Assembly (NCBI GenBank): GCA_963809785.1
Contig: CAWEKV010000001.1
Location: 3,464,408 to 3,528,407 of the forward strand
Source of the DNA: an uncultured Planctomycetia bacterium
Lineage (GTDB): Bacteria > Planctomycetota > Planctomycetia > Pirellulales > S012-138
DNA: 64,000 bases
Direction: 5' to 3'
Below the pieces are notes generated by a model. That model saw only the letters and a program-made list of their open reading frames with translations. It was not told the origin of the DNA and did no database searches. The position numbers were made by a program, and so were the translations under genes. Each line of letters begins with the position of its first letter. Positions within the stretch are counted from its first letter, which is position 1. Shown in pieces: positions 21,930 to 32,970 of this stretch.

Positions 21930-22925
21930 ATGTCACGCCCGCCGCTCTGTTGCTTCAGCGGATTTGCTTGCCTGGTTGCGATCGTGGTCAGCGCATCCTC
22001 GGTTCGCGCCGACGATGCCAAGGACAAGCCGGCGGCCGCACCCACGGCCCTGCAAATCGCGCAATGGCTCAAAGACCTGGACAGCGACGATTTTCAAGTG
22101 CGGCAGCAGGCGAGCAGCCGTTTGATCGGCGCCGGCAAGCACGCGGCCGGGCAAGTCGCCAAGGCCGCCGAGGGGGAGATGCCGAAGTGACGGCCCGCTG
22201 TCTGGATATCTTGTCCAAGCTGCTGCAATCGACCGACGCCGGGACCAAGGGCGAGGCCAAGAAGGCCCTCGAAGGGCTCGCCCAAAGCAAGAAGGCCGTG
22301 GCCCGGCAAGCGCAGGCACTGCTCAACCCCGAAAAAGTCGCCGAGGCTGCCCCCGCGGTACCCGCGCCAGGAGCTCCGGGCGGGCCGCCGCGAGTCATCA
22401 TCGGCGGCATCGGCGTGGCCGGCCCCGGCATGCGGATCAGCGTGAGAAACGTGGACGGTAACAAGACCATCGAGGCCGAAGAGGCGGGAAAGAAAACCAA
22501 GATCGAAGAGAGCGCCAAGGGCGATCTCAAGGTCGAGATCACCGAGACCGTGGACGGCAAGGAAAAGGTCTCGAAGTACGAAGCCAAGGACGCCGAAGAG
22601 CTAAAGAAGAAACACCCGGAAGCTCACGCCCTCTACGAGAAATACTCGAAGTTCGGTCCCGGCGTGGCCGTTCGTTTCGGCGCGATCGGTCCGGGGGGCG
22701 CCGGGCTTCATCCCGCCGGCCCGGCCTTTCCGCGTCGGTGCGGTGCCGCAGAAGGCGCTGGATCAGATGGAGGAAGCCCAGAAGCAGCTCGCGGATGCCA
22801 CGGACAAGCTGCGCAAGCTGGCCGAGGCCTCGCGCATCGCTCCCGACGAAGTAAAGAAGCTGGCCGACCAGATCGAGGCCGCCAAGAAGCAGCTCGAGGA
22901 AGCGCGCGCCCAGTTGCCCAAATAG
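21930..22925 (+). pseudogene. Secreted HEAT-like / coiled-coil hypothetical protein; 2-3 frame changes
   Basis: MSRPPLCCFSGFACLVAIVVSASSVRA (signal), LKDLDSDDFQVRQQASSRLIGAG. Continues in ORF 21950-23056 (..CLDILSKLLQSTDAGTKGEAKKALEGLAQS..KVEITETVDGKEKVSKYEAKDAEELKKKHPEAHALYEKY) and in ORF 22743-22925. Confidence 0.5.
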
Positions 22926-22994
22926 CGAGGCAGCACCCGCCGAAGAAACCGCTGCGCCGCTCAATGATCGAAACGGCTTGCGAGCGGTACGCGC

Positions 22995-24026
22995 TTACGA
23001 GAGGTAGCTGCCGCGATAGACGTGCGTCATCGCCAAGGAGGTCACCAGCGTGGTGACGGCCACCGTGGCCGCGGCCTCGCGGTCTTGGGGGTAGACCTGT
23101 TTCAGCTCATCCGCCCGCCGCGCTAGCTGCCGCAGCAATTGGCGCGTGTGTTCGGGGAAATGGCCTGTCCAGCGGAAGACGTTGGACATCAGTTGCCGCT
23201 CGAGCCTGGCAATCAGCGCCGAGGCGGCCAGCCGCGGGACGGATTCGTCGCTTTGCTCCGGTTCGCCCAGGTCCTCGAACATCGACCGCAAGGCCCCGTC
23301 CAGGCCGGGGGCCAGCGGCGCGTCGCCAATCGTCGCGCTGGCGTAATGGTCTGCCACGGAAAACGGCAGGTCCCCAACGTCGTCGTCGATCTCCAGGCTG
23401 GTCACGAGCGGGTCGCGGTCCCGCAGCTCGGCCATCTTCGCATCGCAGTATTCGAGCTTGGCCAGCGCCTTGGGCCACGAAGCGAACACCCGCCGCCAGT
23501 CTTGCCCAGGCGTCATCCAGACGGCGAACGTCTCCGACCAGTCTTCGTCAGGGTGCTTTTGGGCATACCAGCCGGGCAGGTGCTGGACGAAGCGCGTGCT
23601 GAAGGGCTCAGGCCGGTATTCCTCCAGGTACGGCTGCGTGATCGAGCCGAAGTGCTGCACCCAATTGGCGTCCTCGTAGAGCCGATAGGCATAGTTCACG
23701 ACGTGCCCCATTTCGTGGCGCAGATATCGCAGAATGTCGGCCTGATTGAAGCCCTCGACGTGGCCTACGTGCTGGGCCTGAAGAGACAGCAATTCCGGAT
23801 GAGCCAGGTAGAAGGGGATGCCGATCGCGATCGTGGCAAAGGGCACGCCCCACTCGGTCGAGAGATAGAAATGCGGCTTCAGCTTGCGGATGCCCGCCTC
23901 CAGCAGCTCCTGCTGGAAGCGCTCGATGATCGGCGCCAGCCGGGTGCCTTCGATCTTCAATTCGAGATCGCGGATCGGCTTCGTGCGAAAGTTGCCTTCA
24001 CGAAATGGCGGCAGGGGGTTTGGCAT
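22995..24026 (-). CDS. Putative zinc metallopeptidase (HEMGH motif)
   Basis: Intact ORF with LRYLRHEMGHVVNYAYRL (HExxH). The first ATG is at 24026 (MPNPLPPF). The ORF-track start at 24062 is a TTG codon. Confidence 0.6.
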   Translation of the reverse strand: MPNPLPPFREGNFRTKPIRDLELKIEGTRLAPIIERFQQELLEAGIRKLKPHFYLSTEWGVPFATIAIGIPFYLAHPELLSLQAQHVGHVEGFNQADILRYLRHEMGHVVNYAYRLYEDANWVQHFGSITQPYLEEYRPEPFSTRFVQHLPGWYAQKHPDEDWSETFAVWMTPGQDWRRVFASWPKALAKLEYCDAKMAELRDRDPLVTSLEIDDDVGDLPFSVADHYASATIGDAPLAPGLDGALRSMFEDLGEPEQSDESVPRLAASALIARLERQLMSNVFRWTGHFPEHTRQLLRQLARRADELKQVYPQDREAAATVAVTTLVTSLAMTHVYRGSYLS

Positions 24027-24169
24027 GGCTGGGGAATCAGAAGGTAGCCCTTGGCGTTGCAATTTGACGTTGCAATTGATGTTCCATATTAGCCGGAGAA
24101 GAGGGAGGGCTGCGAAGGCCGGTTTTGCCCCGGGCCACGCACGAATATCGTGGGCGAGCTAATGGCCTT

Positions 24170-24198
24170 TTGCACCGCTTGCCCGAGCCAGCTAAAAT
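24170..24198 (+). promoter_or_regulatory. Candidate sigma-70 promoter TTGCAC-17-TAAAAT
   Basis: ttgcac (24170-24175), a 17-nt spacer and taaaat (24193-24198) lie 13 nt upstream of ATG 24212. This implies a very short leader unless the true start is ATG 24236. Confidence 0.35.
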
Positions 24199-24211
24199 GA
24201 GCACTCATTGA

Positions 24212-26842
24212 ATGGCCTCTTGGGAGCGAATCGCGATGGCAATCAGCGTCAAGTGCGGCTGTGGGCAAGACTTCATGGCCAAAGACGAGTTGGCCGGAAA
24301 AAAGGTCAAGTGCCCCAAATGCGGCCAACTGCTGTCGATCCCCGGCACCGGAGCGCCGGCGTCGGGCGAGCTCTCGATGGAGGACCTGATGAAGATGGAT
24401 GCCGGGGCGCCGACGATTCCCGGCATGGGGATGCCTGTCGGCCAGCCTGGCGTCGCTGCGGGATCGCCAGGCTTTCCGGCGCAGGGATCCGGCGTCGGTG
24501 GTTTTCAGTCGCCCGGCTTTCCCTTCGGGCAGGCGGCCCCCGCGCCGAAGGCTTCTTCCGAAGGCAACAAGAAGCTGCTCATCCTCGTGGGGGTGGGCGG
24601 GTTCACGCTGTTGGCCGTCGCCGCGCTGCTCTTCGTGATGCTGCGAGGCGACGACGAAAAGCCTGCTGATGCCGGCCCGACGCCGGGCGCAGTCAGCGCG
24701 GCACCGCAAACGACGCAAAACCCGCCGCCCAAGCCGATGACGCTTGCGGCGCTCGCCGCGGTGACGCTGGAGCCGGGCGGCCGCGCCACCGTCGAGCTGC
24801 GGGTCGAACGGAACGGCAACGAGGGGCCGATCCAAATCCAGTTCGCGGGTGCTCCGCAGGGCATCACGGCCTCGGGCGTGGAAATCCCCGCCGGCCAGTC
24901 GGTCGGCCAGGTCGCCTTGGCCGCTGACGCCACGGCGGCCGACAAGCTGAGCGGCAAGGTCGAAGTGACCATCAAAGCGGGGCAGGCTCAGGCCACTCAG
25001 TCAGTAGCCGTGACGGTCAACAAGCTCAACCTGCCGGCCTTCCAGCCGGTGCAAGCCATCGTCGTGCAGCCGGGCACCACGGCCACAGTCACGCTCGCTC
25101 TGCAACGCAACGGCTACGCGGGGCCGGTGGAAATGCGGCCCGAGGGCGTGTCCGACAAGGTCAGCGTGCGCGCCACCCACATTACCGATGTGCAGAACGA
25201 ATCGAAGCTGGAAATCGTGGCGGCGACCGATGCGCCCGACGCCACTCACAAGTTGAGCGTCTACGGCCTGGCGCAAGGGCGGTCGTTCAACCTGACCATT
25301 CCGCTCCAGATCGCGCGGCAGCCGTTCATCGTCAACTCGTTCAGGGTGGTCACCCTCAAGCCGGGGGAGGCCAAAACGATCCAGGTCCCCGTCGAACGAA
25401 AGAGCTATCAGGGCGCCCTCAAGATCGGCATCGAGAACCTTCCCGAGGGCGTATCGGTCCCCAACCTCGAGCTGCCCGCAGGCCAGGCGTCGGTGTCTGT
25501 CACGCTGACCGCGGCGCCGGGCACCAAGGAGCGCATTCGCACCACGCGCGTCGTGGCCAGCGCCGATCACCTGAGCGCCAGCGACGTGCTTTTGATCCGC
25601 ATCTCGCAAGGCGATTCGGGCTTCCTCCCCAAGGAGGTGACTGCAAACAAGGAGCTCGTCAGCCTGCTGCGGCGCGGATCGTTCGGCGGCCGGCTGATGC
25701 CCGAAAGCAAGAAGGCCCTGCTGGAGGCCTACGGCGGCACGCAGGAATCGGAGAACTCGGTGATGCTCGGGCTGGCCTGGCTGGCAACCCATCAGCAGCG
25801 AGACGGGCGCTGGTCACTGAAGAACTACGGGCAAGGCATCCAGGGCTGCAACTGCCACACCGGTTTCGAAGCCAAAGTGCAGGACAACGATACGGCCGCC
25901 ACGGCCTTCGGCGTGCTGCCGTTTCTAGGCGCCGGCATTACGCATAACCGCGCCCCGACCGCGGACTTGAACAAGTACCAGCGCGTGGTCAAGGACGGCC
26001 TCGACTTTTTGATCAAGAACCAGGTGAAGTCGAAGGACGCCAACCAGAATGGCCACCTCGGCGGCACGATGTATTCTCATTCCTTGGCCGCGATGGCGCT
26101 GTGCGAGGCCTACGGTCTGTCGGGCGACGATAAGCTGCGCATTCCTGCCCAGTTGTCGATCCGCTACCTGATCGAGGCGCAGCACGGGGGCGGCGGCTGG
26201 CGGTACGGTCCCAACCAGGAGGGCGACCTATCGGCGACGGGCTGGGTGTTTCTGGCGATTCAGGACGGCCGTCTGGCAGGGCTGCCATTCTCTGACAAGT
26301 CGCTGAAACAGGCCGAGCGGTTCCTCGATTCCGTGGCCAAAGGCCCGGACGACGCCAAGCTCTCCCGCTACGCCTACGAGCCTGTCAGGGAACCCACGCT
26401 GACGATGACGGCGGCCGGCTTGCTCACGCGGCAATACGTCGGTTGGAAGCGCGACAACGAGCACCTCATCGCCGGCTGCAAATACATCATGCAGCCGCCG
26501 CACCTGCCGCCGGCCACTGGCCCGGTGGGCGGCCCTCTGGGCGCGATCTACTACTACTATTATGCGACCCAGGTGCTGCACCACATGGAGGGGGAAGACT
26601 TCGACGTGTGGAATTACCGCATGCGCGAACACCTGATTCGCACGCAGCAACGCTATGGCCACAAAGTCGGGAGCTGGGAGGCCGAGGGCGCGGACTGGGG
26701 CGAAGCCGGCGGCCGCCTCTACTCAACCTCGCTGGCGCTCCTGACGCTGCAGGTCTACTACCGGCATCTGCCCATGTATCGGACGATGACCCAGCTCAAG
26801 GACCCGGCCAGGGCCAAAGACCCGGCCAAGGCCAAGGAGTAG
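24212..26842 (+). CDS. Membrane-anchored protein: zinc-ribbon-like N-terminus, TM helix, three ~95-aa Ig-like repeats, C-terminal prenyltransferase / squalene-cyclase-like alpha-toroid domain
   Basis: Intact 876-aa ORF. N-terminus VKCGCGQ..KCPKCGQ; TM helix LLILVGVGGFTLLAVAALLFV. Repeats of the type LEPGG.ATVEL.VERNG..GPI.I.F.G.P.GI.. occur three times. C-terminus: LAWLATHQQRDGRWS, ..TMYSHSLAAMALCEAYG.. and QHGGGGWRYGPNQEGDLSATGW. Confidence 0.7.
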   Translation: MASWERIAMAISVKCGCGQDFMAKDELAGKKVKCPKCGQLLSIPGTGAPASGELSMEDLMKMDAGAPTIPGMGMPVGQPGVAAGSPGFPAQGSGVGGFQSPGFPFGQAAPAPKASSEGNKKLLILVGVGGFTLLAVAALLFVMLRGDDEKPADAGPTPGAVSAAPQTTQNPPPKPMTLAALAAVTLEPGGRATVELRVERNGNEGPIQIQFAGAPQGITASGVEIPAGQSVGQVALAADATAADKLSGKVEVTIKAGQAQATQSVAVTVNKLNLPAFQPVQAIVVQPGTTATVTLALQRNGYAGPVEMRPEGVSDKVSVRATHITDVQNESKLEIVAATDAPDATHKLSVYGLAQGRSFNLTIPLQIARQPFIVNSFRVVTLKPGEAKTIQVPVERKSYQGALKIGIENLPEGVSVPNLELPAGQASVSVTLTAAPGTKERIRTTRVVASADHLSASDVLLIRISQGDSGFLPKEVTANKELVSLLRRGSFGGRLMPESKKALLEAYGGTQESENSVMLGLAWLATHQQRDGRWSLKNYGQGIQGCNCHTGFEAKVQDNDTAATAFGVLPFLGAGITHNRAPTADLNKYQRVVKDGLDFLIKNQVKSKDANQNGHLGGTMYSHSLAAMALCEAYGLSGDDKLRIPAQLSIRYLIEAQHGGGGWRYGPNQEGDLSATGWVFLAIQDGRLAGLPFSDKSLKQAERFLDSVAKGPDDAKLSRYAYEPVREPTLTMTAAGLLTRQYVGWKRDNEHLIAGCKYIMQPPHLPPATGPVGGPLGAIYYYYYATQVLHHMEGEDFDVWNYRMREHLIRTQQRYGHKVGSWEAEGADWGEAGGRLYSTSLALLTLQVYYRHLPMYRTMTQLKDPARAKDPAKAKE

Positions 26843-26850
26843 CAAGGGCC

Positions 26851-26915
26851 GAACATCGAACATCCAATGTCCAACATCGAACGTCGCAATGTTCGATGTT
26901 CGATGTTCGATGTTC
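26851..26915. repeat. Hairpin with arms made of tandem 7-nt units (gaacatc / gatgttc)
   Basis: gaacatcgaacatccaatgtccaacatcgaac .. gttcgatgttcgatgttcgatgttc, starting 9 nt after the stop at 26842. Confidence 0.85.
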
Positions 26916-27040
26916 CGGGTACGCCCTCATTGACTGGCGTCTGCCTCCCTTGACGGGCAGGCACCTAGCGGCCGACAATCCGGCTCGGGGAGCCTTTGCC
27001 ACAGATCCTGCCACCGATTCCGTAGCCCGCCTGGGAAACC

Positions 27041-27430
27041 ATGCCAGCCGCAGACCCCAATACGCCGTCTTCCGCCTCGCAACTCAAGCTCAGCCATCAG
27101 GCGATCCAGGCCACGCCCAAGATCGTATCGCTGGCCCTGGTCGGCGAGTATGACCACAGCAACGGCCGTGCGGCCGAGGCCTACTTCGACGAAATGCTCA
27201 AGCAAGAGTCGCCCAAGCACGTGCTATTGGACCTGAGCGGGCTGACCTTCGCCGCCAGCATCTTCTTCTCGGCGCTGTTGTTCTGGAAAGAGGCGCTCTC
27301 CGCGGGCGGTGGCAAGCTGGTAATCTTCGCTCCCACGTCCGAAGTGCTCAGCACGATGCGGCTCTTTACGATGGACCGCGTGGTGACGACCTGCACCGAT
27401 CGGCAGGCAGCGCTGGCCGCGGTGGCGTAG
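27041..27430 (+). CDS. STAS-domain protein (anti-sigma-factor antagonist family)
   Basis: Intact 129-aa ORF with VLLDLSGLTFAASIFFSALLFW..GGKLVIFAPTSEVLSTMRLFTMDRV. Confidence 0.7.
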   Translation: MPAADPNTPSSASQLKLSHQAIQATPKIVSLALVGEYDHSNGRAAEAYFDEMLKQESPKHVLLDLSGLTFAASIFFSALLFWKEALSAGGGKLVIFAPTSEVLSTMRLFTMDRVVTTCTDRQAALAAVA

Positions 27431-27437
27431 GGCCTCA

Positions 27438-27500
27438 CAGGGTGACAAGGCGACAAAGGTGACATACCACTCACCTTGTCACCCCTTCATCTTGTCACCT
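27438..27500. repeat. Hairpin with arms made of tandem ~8-nt units (ggtgacaa / ttgtcacc)
   Basis: cagggtgacaaggcgacaaaggtgaca .. tcaccttgtcaccccttcatcttgtcacct, between the STAS and UbiB genes. Confidence 0.8.
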
Positions 27501-27552
27501 ACCGATCTCCCCCGCGCCAGAGTAGAGTGGGAAAAGCTCTCGCTCCAGCGCC

Positions 27553-29236
27553 ATGAAGATCACCACCATCCCGCATCTCTACCGGAACCTCAACCGCGCG
27601 GTCGAGGTGCTCACGGTCTTGAGCAAGTACGGCCTGGCCGATTGGATCAGCCGGCTCGACGTCGAGTTCGCCAAAGACCTGCTCAAGACGCGCGACGGCG
27701 TCTCGCTGGCCCGCTTCACCGGGCACGAGCGCATCCGCCTGGCGCTCGACCGAACTGGGGCCGACGTTCATCAAGCTGGGCCAGATTCTCAGCACGCGGC
27801 CCGATCTCGTCGGCACGGAGCTGGCCACCGAGCTGGAACGGCTGCAAGACAACGTGCCGGCCGACCCGCCGGACGTCGTGCGCACGACGGTCGAGGCCGA
27901 GCTGGGCCAGCCGCTGGCGGCGCTGTTCCGCGAGTTCGATGAGACGCCGCTGGCCTCCGCATCGATCGGTCAGGTCCATCGCGCACGCCTGCCCGACGGG
28001 GAAGACGTGGTCGTCAAGGTCCAGCACCGCGGCATCGACAAGACGATGCGGATCGACCTCGACATTCTGACGGGCCTGGCTCAGCTGGCCGAGCGCGTGC
28101 CGGAGTTCAAGAACTACCGCCCCATCGCCACCGTCGCCGAGCTGCGCCGCACGCTGCTGCGGGAGCTCGATTTCGTGCGCGAGCGGCGGAACCTGGAGCG
28201 GTTCAAGAAGGCCTTCCGCCGCGACCGCAGCGTGCTGGTGCCCCATGCCTACGGCGAGCTTTCGACCGCCCGCGTGCTGACGATGGAGCGGATCGACGGG
28301 GTGGCCCTGGCCGACGGCTGCCGGCTGCGCGAGGCGAAGTTCGACCTGGACCAGGTCGCCCGCCGCGGCGCCGACATCTTCCTGGAGATGATCTTCACGC
28401 ACGGCTTCTATCACGCCGATCCGCACCCGGGCAATTTCCTGCTGCTGGACGGCAACGTGATCGGCCTGCTCGACTTCGGCATGGTGGGCGAGATCGACGA
28501 GCCGCTCCGCGAGTACATCGAGGAGCTGCTCTTGGCACTGGCCAACCGCGACGGTGCCCACCTGACCTCCGTGGTCACGCGGATCAGCGCCGCGCCGGGC
28601 GACCTGGATGTGGCCGCGCTGGGGCTGGACCTGGCCGACTTTCTGGCGCACTACGCCGGCCAGCCGCTGAACGAGTTCGACCTGGGGGCCGCCATCAACG
28701 AGATGACCGAGATCATCCGCCGCTATCACCTGATGCTGCCGGCCCGGATGGGCATGCTGCTCAAGGTGCTGGTGATGCTCGAGGGCACGGCCCGGCTGGC
28801 CAGCCCGCGGTTCAGCCTGATGGAGCTGGTGCAGCCGTATCAGCGGAAGATGCTCTTGCGGCGGCTGTCGCCGACGCGGCAGATTCGCAAGCTGCGGCGG
28901 ATGTACCTGGAGTTGGAGCACCTGGTCGAGATGCTGCCCCGCGGCCTGAGCGACATCTTGCAGCAGGTCCAGAGCGGCAAGTTCGACGTGCATCTCGACC
29001 ATCGCGGGCTGGAGCCTTCGGTGAATCGGCTCGTGCTGGGCCTGCTCTCCAGCTCGCTGTTCGTCGGATCGGCGATGCTGCTCCGAGGCGACGTGGGGCC
29101 GATTGTGCACGGCATTCCTTTGCCAGGCGCGCTGGGTCTTCTGCTAAGCTTCGGCCTCGGGCTGCGGCTCTTGTGGGCCGTTCGCAAGTCGGGCAACTTG
29201 GACCGCAAGAATCCAGCGAACAGAACTGAGCGGTAA
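27553..29236 (+). CDS. ABC1/UbiB-family atypical kinase (one frame change near 27760)
   Basis: MKITTIPHLYRNLNRAVEVLTVLSKYGLADWI. After the shift: FIKLGQILSTRPDLV..ELERLQDNVP..ASASIGQVHRARL..VVVKVQHRGI...FYHADPHPGNFLL..IGLLDFGMVG. Two C-terminal TM helices. Confidence 0.85.
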
Positions 29237-29240
29237 GTCG

Positions 29241-29297
29241 GTATGTCGTCTTTCGCTCCGCGAAAGAACGTCCTTTGCGGAGCGAAAGGCGACGATA
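29241..29297. repeat. Hairpin repeat (core tttcgctccgcgaaag / ctttgcggagcgaaag)
   Basis: gtatgtcgtctttcgctccgcgaaag aacgtcc tttgcggagcgaaaggcgacgatac: ~25-nt arms with one indel, just downstream of the UbiB stop. Confidence 0.8.
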
Positions 29298-29344
29298 CGC
29301 CGGCGTCGAACCGTCACCGGCTCTGAGAGTACGAAGGGATCGTC

Positions 29345-29713
29345 GTGCATCGGATTGCCACGCTGTTGTTTCTGCTGTATCTTGCGCTGTTGACCGCAGG
29401 GCTGCTGGTCTCCAATCCCTTCGCGCTGGCGGGCAGCGGAGAGCCGTGGCTCGAGAAGACCTATGGGGCGTATCTCGAGCCGATGGGGCACTTCCTGGGG
29501 TTCCTGGTGCTGGGCCTCTTGGCCTCCGTCAGCCGTTGGCCGCGGTGCTGGACAACGCGAGTAGCGCTACTTCTGGCTTATGCGCTCGTCACTGAGGGCT
29601 TACAGACCTTCGTGCCGCATCGTACGCCGGACATGAAAGACCTGATCCAGAATCTCGCCGGGGCTGCCGTGGGCGTGGCTATAGGATGGCCCTTGGCAGG
29701 GCGGCGCCGGTGA
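29345..29713 (+). CDS. VanZ-like membrane protein
   Basis: Intact 122-aa ORF with four hydrophobic segments. HFLGFLVLGLL and ..YALVTEGLQTFVPHRTPDMKDLIQNLAGAAVG match the VanZ-family pattern. Confidence 0.65.
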   Translation: MHRIATLLFLLYLALLTAGLLVSNPFALAGSGEPWLEKTYGAYLEPMGHFLGFLVLGLLASVSRWPRCWTTRVALLLAYALVTEGLQTFVPHRTPDMKDLIQNLAGAAVGVAIGWPLAGRRR

Positions 29714-29721
29714 ACAGCCCC

Positions 29722-29813
29722 CCACACCAACCCGACGCGTAAGCGAGGGAGAGGCGGGCATACACTCGGCGTCGGCGGCCGCTCTCCCTCGCTTGCGCGT
29801 CGGGTTGGTGTGG
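29722..29813. repeat. Long GC-rich palindrome (32-nt arms), same family as 15866-15930
   Basis: ccacaccaacccgacgcgtaagcgagggagag (29722-29753) against ctctccctcgcttgcgcgtcgggttggtgtgg (29782-29813), with one mismatch. Confidence 0.9.
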
Positions 29814-29858
29814 CGAGGTCAGTCCACCCCGGCCGCGCCAAAAAACGTCAGCGTCTTC

Positions 29859-29886
29859 TTGACACGCCCCCGCCGATTCCTACAAT
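29859..29886 (+). promoter_or_regulatory. Candidate sigma-70 promoter TTGACA-16-TACAAT
   Basis: ttgaca (29859-29864), a 16-nt spacer and tacaat (29881-29886). This would give a ~190-nt leader before GTG 30085, which has AGGAG 8 nt upstream. Confidence 0.5.
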
Positions 29887-30084
29887 CCTCGGATAGATCG
29901 ACGGATGTTGATGCGTGGATGGACGCCCACCTCCGTTCGCTTTCCCGCCTGAGTAACCTACCTTCAACACGTGGGTGAACGATCTTGTATCCGGAGTTCT
30001 CTCCGGCCGTAGCTTTCCGTGGACGACCTGCTTTGGTGACCGATCCAGTTTGACCCAGGACCGCCAGAACGAGGAGTCACAGTC

Positions 30085-31416
30085 GTGCTCAACCTTTTCA
30101 CCGATCGCAAGTACCGGGACTGTGAAGGGACCAGCCGCCGCGAGTTTATCAAGATCGGCACGTTGGGAATGGGCGCGATGACCTTGCCTGGCCTGCTGGC
30201 GGCCCGGGCTCAGGCCAAGGCCCTGGGACGCGAAGTGAAAGACACGTCCGTGGTTTGGGTCTGGCTCGGCGGCGGCCCGACGCACGTCGAGACGTTCGAC
30301 CCCAAGATGTCGGCGCCTAGCGAGTATCGCAGTGTCACCGGCGAGGTGACGACCAACGTGGCCGGCATCACGCTGGGTGGCAACTTCAGCAAGTGCGCCA
30401 AGGTGGCCGACAAGATGGCTTTCGTCCGCTCGTTCGCCCACACCAATAGCGGGCACGGCGGCGGCACGCACTTCGTGATGACCGGTTACGACAACCGCCT
30501 GGCCGACAACGGCGGGCTGGCCACGCGCCCCTCGATGGGCTCGATCGTCGCCCGCGTCCGCGGCGCCAACAACGATCAGACCGGCATGCCCACCTACGTC
30601 CGCCTGGGCGGCGTCGGCTTCGACGGCCCCGCGTTCCTCGGCTCGGCCTTCGCCCCGTTCAATCCCTCCGGCGACGCCCGCAACAACATGACCGTCGGCA
30701 TCCCGGAAAGCCGCTTGGCCGACCGCCGCGAATTGCTCAAGGGCGTGGACCGCGTCAATCGCCAGGTCGACCAGACCGGCCTGATGGATGGCCTGGACAA
30801 GTTCGAGCAACAGGCGTTCCACCTGGTGCTGGGCAGCGCCACCAAGGCCTTCGACCTGACGGGCGAGGACCCCAAGGTGGTCGAGCGCTATGGAAGCGGC
30901 GGCGGTGGCCGCAACGGCAACGGCTCGCTGGGCCAGCAACTGCTGCGTGCCCGGCGGCTCTGCGAGGCCGGCTGCGGTTTCGTGACCGTCTCCTACGGCG
31001 GCTGGGATATGCACGGCCAGATCAAGCAGGCGATGGACCAGCGCGGTCCTCAGTTAGACCACGCCTTGGCGACGTTCGTGGCCGACTGCTGCGAGCGCGG
31101 GCTGGACAAGAACATCCTGCTGGTCGTCACCGGCGAGTTCGGCCGCACGCCGAAGGTCAACCGCAACGCCGGCCGCGATCACTGGGCCCCGCTGAGCACG
31201 CTGGCCCTGGCCGGCGGCGGGCTGACGATGGGCTGCACCGTTGGCGAGTCGGCCCCCAAGGTCGATGTGCCCAAGAGCACGCCCATCCGCCCGCAAGACC
31301 TGATGGCCACGGTCTTCCACGTGCTGGGGATCGACCCGCAGGTTCAGTTCGTCAGTAATTCCGGCCGGCCGACCTACATGGTCGAAGACGGCAAGGTCAT
31401 TGAGGAGCTGGTGTGA
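30085..31416 (+). CDS. DUF1501 family protein (intact, no adjacent PSD partner)
   Basis: 443-aa ORF: SRREFIKIGTLGMGAMTLPGLLAARA (Tat-type), [59 protein letters not shown]. Confidence 0.9.
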   Translation: MLNLFTDRKYRDCEGTSRREFIKIGTLGMGAMTLPGLLAARAQAKALGREVKDTSVVWVWLGGGPTHVETFDPKMSAPSEYRSVTGEVTTNVAGITLGGNFSKCAKVADKMAFVRSFAHTNSGHGGGTHFVMTGYDNRLADNGGLATRPSMGSIVARVRGANNDQTGMPTYVRLGGVGFDGPAFLGSAFAPFNPSGDARNNMTVGIPESRLADRRELLKGVDRVNRQVDQTGLMDGLDKFEQQAFHLVLGSATKAFDLTGEDPKVVERYGSGGGGRNGNGSLGQQLLRARRLCEAGCGFVTVSYGGWDMHGQIKQAMDQRGPQLDHALATFVADCCERGLDKNILLVVTGEFGRTPKVNRNAGRDHWAPLSTLALAGGGLTMGCTVGESAPKVDVPKSTPIRPQDLMATVFHVLGIDPQVQFVSNSGRPTYMVEDGKVIEELV

Positions 31417-31480
31417 TCGACGAATTGATGTGATCGACGAATTGATGTGATCGACGAATTGGTGTGATCGACGAATTGGT
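31413..31480. repeat. Direct tandem repeat, 4 x 17 nt (gtgatcgacgaattgRt)
   Basis: Units at 31413, 31430, 31447 and 31464. The stop codon of the DUF1501 gene (31414-31416) lies inside unit 1. TGA triplets within the array fall in all three + frames. Confidence 0.9.
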
Positions 31481-31508
31481 CTAGCGCTAACCGCGTACTT
31501 TCTCTGTG

Positions 31509-31543
31509 TCGCCCTTCCGTCGCCCCCCACGGCGGAAGGGCGA
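31509..31543 (+). terminator. Stem-loop (11-bp perfect stem) downstream of the DUF1501 gene
   Basis: tcgcccttccg - 13-nt loop - cggaagggcga, followed by tgtcattt (a weak U tract). Confidence 0.35.
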
Positions 31544-31562
31544 TGTCATTTGGGGCACGGTG

Positions 31563-31583
31563 GGGCACGTTCCCAACGTGCCC
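31563..31583. repeat. Short palindrome gggcacgtt-ccc-aacgtgccc, embedded in further ggggcacg / cgtgcccc repeats (31551-31618)
   Basis: Perfect 9-bp arms. Flanking cggtggggcacg (31558-31569) can pair with cgtgccccacgg (31607-31618). Lies between the convergent DUF1501 and moeA genes. Confidence 0.7.
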
Positions 31584-31618
31584 GGCCGCACCAGGCAGGT
31601 TGATCACGTGCCCCACGG

Positions 31619-32970
<1,352 letters not shown>

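Noticed and set aside
27716-31014. Long antisense ORFs (for example 27716-29110 minus, 29848-31014 minus; similarly 695-1588, 5087-6220, 14426-15685, 16151-17641, 45946-47994 and 48846-51026 in alternative frames).
   Set aside because: Their translations are Arg/Ala/Gly/Pro-rich with no recognisable motifs. They lie opposite genes with clear family signatures. This is the expected stop-poor antisense artefact of high-GC DNA.
31413-31480. Possible CRISPR array (regular direct repeats).
   Set aside because: The units are 17 nt and directly abutting, with no spacers. There are only four copies and no cas genes. This is a plain tandem repeat.
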